DNA from: Pseudomonadota bacterium
Lineage (GTDB): Bacteria; Bdellovibrionota_B; Oligoflexia; Oligoflexales; CAIYRB01
DNA length: 36,229 bases
Assembly: GCA_031416315.1 (NCBI GenBank)
Contig: JANOTL010000163.1
Coordinates: 1-36,229, forward strand
Direction: 5' to 3'
Shown here in pieces: positions 34,860 to 36,229 of the stretch. Position numbers and translations under genes: made by a program. The notes under the pieces are model-generated. The model was not told the DNA's origin. It did no database searches and saw nothing but the letters and a program-made list of their open reading frames with translations. Positions within the stretch are counted from its first letter, which is position 1. Each line of letters begins with the position of its first letter.

Positions 34860-34875
34860 CCGTGGTTTCGACCGC

Positions 34876-34954
34876 TCCTCTGCGTCCTCTGCGTCCTCTG
34901 CGGTAAAAAAACTTCAGGCAGTTTTACCGCCGAGAAAACGCCGAGGACGCAGAG
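34876..34954. repeat. REP-like inverted repeat built from 9-bp units
   Basis: (TCCTCTGCG)x3 then GTAAAA (34876-34908), and an imperfect reverse complement TTTTACCGCCGAGAAAACGCCGAGGACGCAGAG (34922-34954). Confidence 0.82.
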
Positions 34955-35003
34955 TTAGGTTATTGAAAACACAGGGAGTTAACTGGGGTGCCAGGGGGAC
35001 TTG

Positions 35004-35030
35004 TCAAGTCTGCCGTCCAGGCTCCGAAAG
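35004..35030 (+). promoter_or_regulatory. Sigma28 (FliA)-like promoter candidate for the gene at 35065
   Basis: TCAA-N15-TCCGAAAG has the consensus spacing and lies 35 bp upstream of the ATG. Confidence 0.5.
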
Positions 35031-35064
35031 CGTAGTTACAGGCTCGTAAGCCAGGAGCATCGCT

Positions 35065-36066
35065 ATGTCTCGCGCACGGTTTTTCGTCCTCTTAGGCATC
35101 GCGTCGCTCCTCTGCGGCAGCTTCGCCCTTGCCGCTCCCAAAGAAAAGGGCGGCAAGAAGGGCAAGGCCAAGTCAAAGGGCGGTGCCGAAGGCGAGCTGC
35201 CGGAGGGGGTCACCAAGCCTTCGGAGACCGCGAATTACGACGAGATCGCGGACGGCTCGCGGCTCATCCTGCGCGACGGCGAGATCAGCATCATCCCGCC
35301 TAAGGGCTGGGAGATCTTCAAGAAGCAGTCGGGCCTGACCCTCCTCGCGCAGGCGCCTCTAAAAGCCACGACCAAATATCAGCGCACGCTGCAGGCTTCG
35401 CGCTTGGGCGGCCCGCGCTATCTCGACCAGTTCTCGAGCAGCGACGCGCGCAAACTGATCGCCGAGCGCTTCGGCAAGGTTTCGAGGCTCGTCACCGATT
35501 ACAACGTCCTCAGCGACGAGCTGATCACCCTCGGCAACGGCCGCCCGGCGATGCTCATCAAAGCCAGCTTCAAGTACGGCGAAATTCCGCTGATGCAGGC
35601 GCACGTCATCGTCTCATCCCTCTATTTCCACTATGTCGTCTCGTTCACCGACACGCCAGCCAACTTCGGCGGTGAAGACAAGATCGGCAAAAACTTGCTC
35701 GAAGCCATGGCCTCGATCAAGACGGTGGAGATGAAGGGCGAGCATCCGGTGCGCATGGGCAACATCCTCGCCGTCTCCGTCGGCGGCGGCACGCTGCTCT
35801 TCCTGGGCCTTGGCTTTTTGATCTTCCGCTTCTTCCGCGCCGCCAAGCGCTTCGAGGAGATGAGCGAAGGCAAAAACCTGGATCTGACCGACTCCGAAGA
35901 GCGTCACGACCTCGTCGAGGCCAACCACGACGAGCGCGTCCGTGTCGAGGTTCACCAAGAGGAATCGACCATCATCGCGAAGACCGGCCTTCTCGAGTCG
36001 GACGCCGACGAGGTCACGGCCTTCGACGCCGAGCCCCCGGTCACCCCGGACGAAAAGGCGTCGTAG
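35065..36066 (+). CDS. Single-pass membrane protein: periplasmic PsbP/DcrB-like domain, TM helix, acidic cytoplasmic tail
   Basis: RBS AGGAG, signal peptide, Lys-rich linker, ISIIPPKGWE, a TM helix (ILAVSVGGGTLLFLGLGFLIF) followed by RFFR, and an E/D-rich tail. Confidence 0.78.
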   Translation: MSRARFFVLLGIASLLCGSFALAAPKEKGGKKGKAKSKGGAEGELPEGVTKPSETANYDEIADGSRLILRDGEISIIPPKGWEIFKKQSGLTLLAQAPLKATTKYQRTLQASRLGGPRYLDQFSSSDARKLIAERFGKVSRLVTDYNVLSDELITLGNGRPAMLIKASFKYGEIPLMQAHVIVSSLYFHYVVSFTDTPANFGGEDKIGKNLLEAMASIKTVEMKGEHPVRMGNILAVSVGGGTLLFLGLGFLIFRFFRAAKRFEEMSEGKNLDLTDSEERHDLVEANHDERVRVEVHQEESTIIAKTGLLESDADEVTAFDAEPPVTPDEKAS

Positions 36067-36229
36067 GCTAGAACTCGCGCGCGCCGATCCTAAGAGGGAG
36101 TCTAAAAAGGCGCGGGACGCAGGTTTACGGTCCCGCGATCCGCAACCGCTGACCGCTTGCGGCATTCCGCGGTCCGTGCTCCGCCGACCGCTTTCTGCCT
36201 GCCGCTGACGGCATGCTGCTAGCCGCATG

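Noticed and set aside
34876..34954. Possible CRISPR or IS end
   Set aside because: The units are 9 bp with no spacers, and there is no cas gene or transposase. It is kept only as a REP-like repeat.
36067..36229. Possible ncRNA or gene start at the right edge
   Set aside because: No recognisable RNA family motif. The window ends at an ATG that cannot be evaluated.

Overview
This is a high-GC bacterial chromosomal window with about 33 protein-coding genes. I see no rRNA, tRNA, CRISPR array, integrase or transposase. The gene content (TIGR02147-type regulator, secreted protein with an N-terminal GGxxxxNGG motif, 7TM-DISM kinase, many orphan lipoproteins, sigma54- and sigma28-like promoters) suggests Bdellovibrionota/Oligoflexia or a related former deltaproteobacterium; this is inference only. 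The left two thirds hold mixed metabolic and envelope genes: a cytochrome c fusion, a frameshifted Calx-beta/dockerin lipoprotein, a divergent HTH-citrate synthase/citrate synthase pair with a palindromic operator, a Zn alcohol dehydrogenase, a PA14 lipoprotein, HtrA, an SPFH pair plus an Lgt-like gene, TetR plus a desaturase, an RNase Z-like enzyme, a sensor kinase, a degenerate-DEDD/GIY-YIG nuclease and a DOPA dioxygenase. The most unusual part is 23620-33796, a block of seven uncharacterised exported proteins ending in a TIGR02147 regulator. Three of them are divergent paralogues sharing a Cys-pair head and a long helical hairpin, and three carry degenerate P-domain-like C-termini. Other notable signals are sharp local G-to-C skew flips at several gene ends, a 9-bp-repeat inverted element, and several probable leaderless genes. 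All family assignments come from motif recognition by eye; no searches were run.
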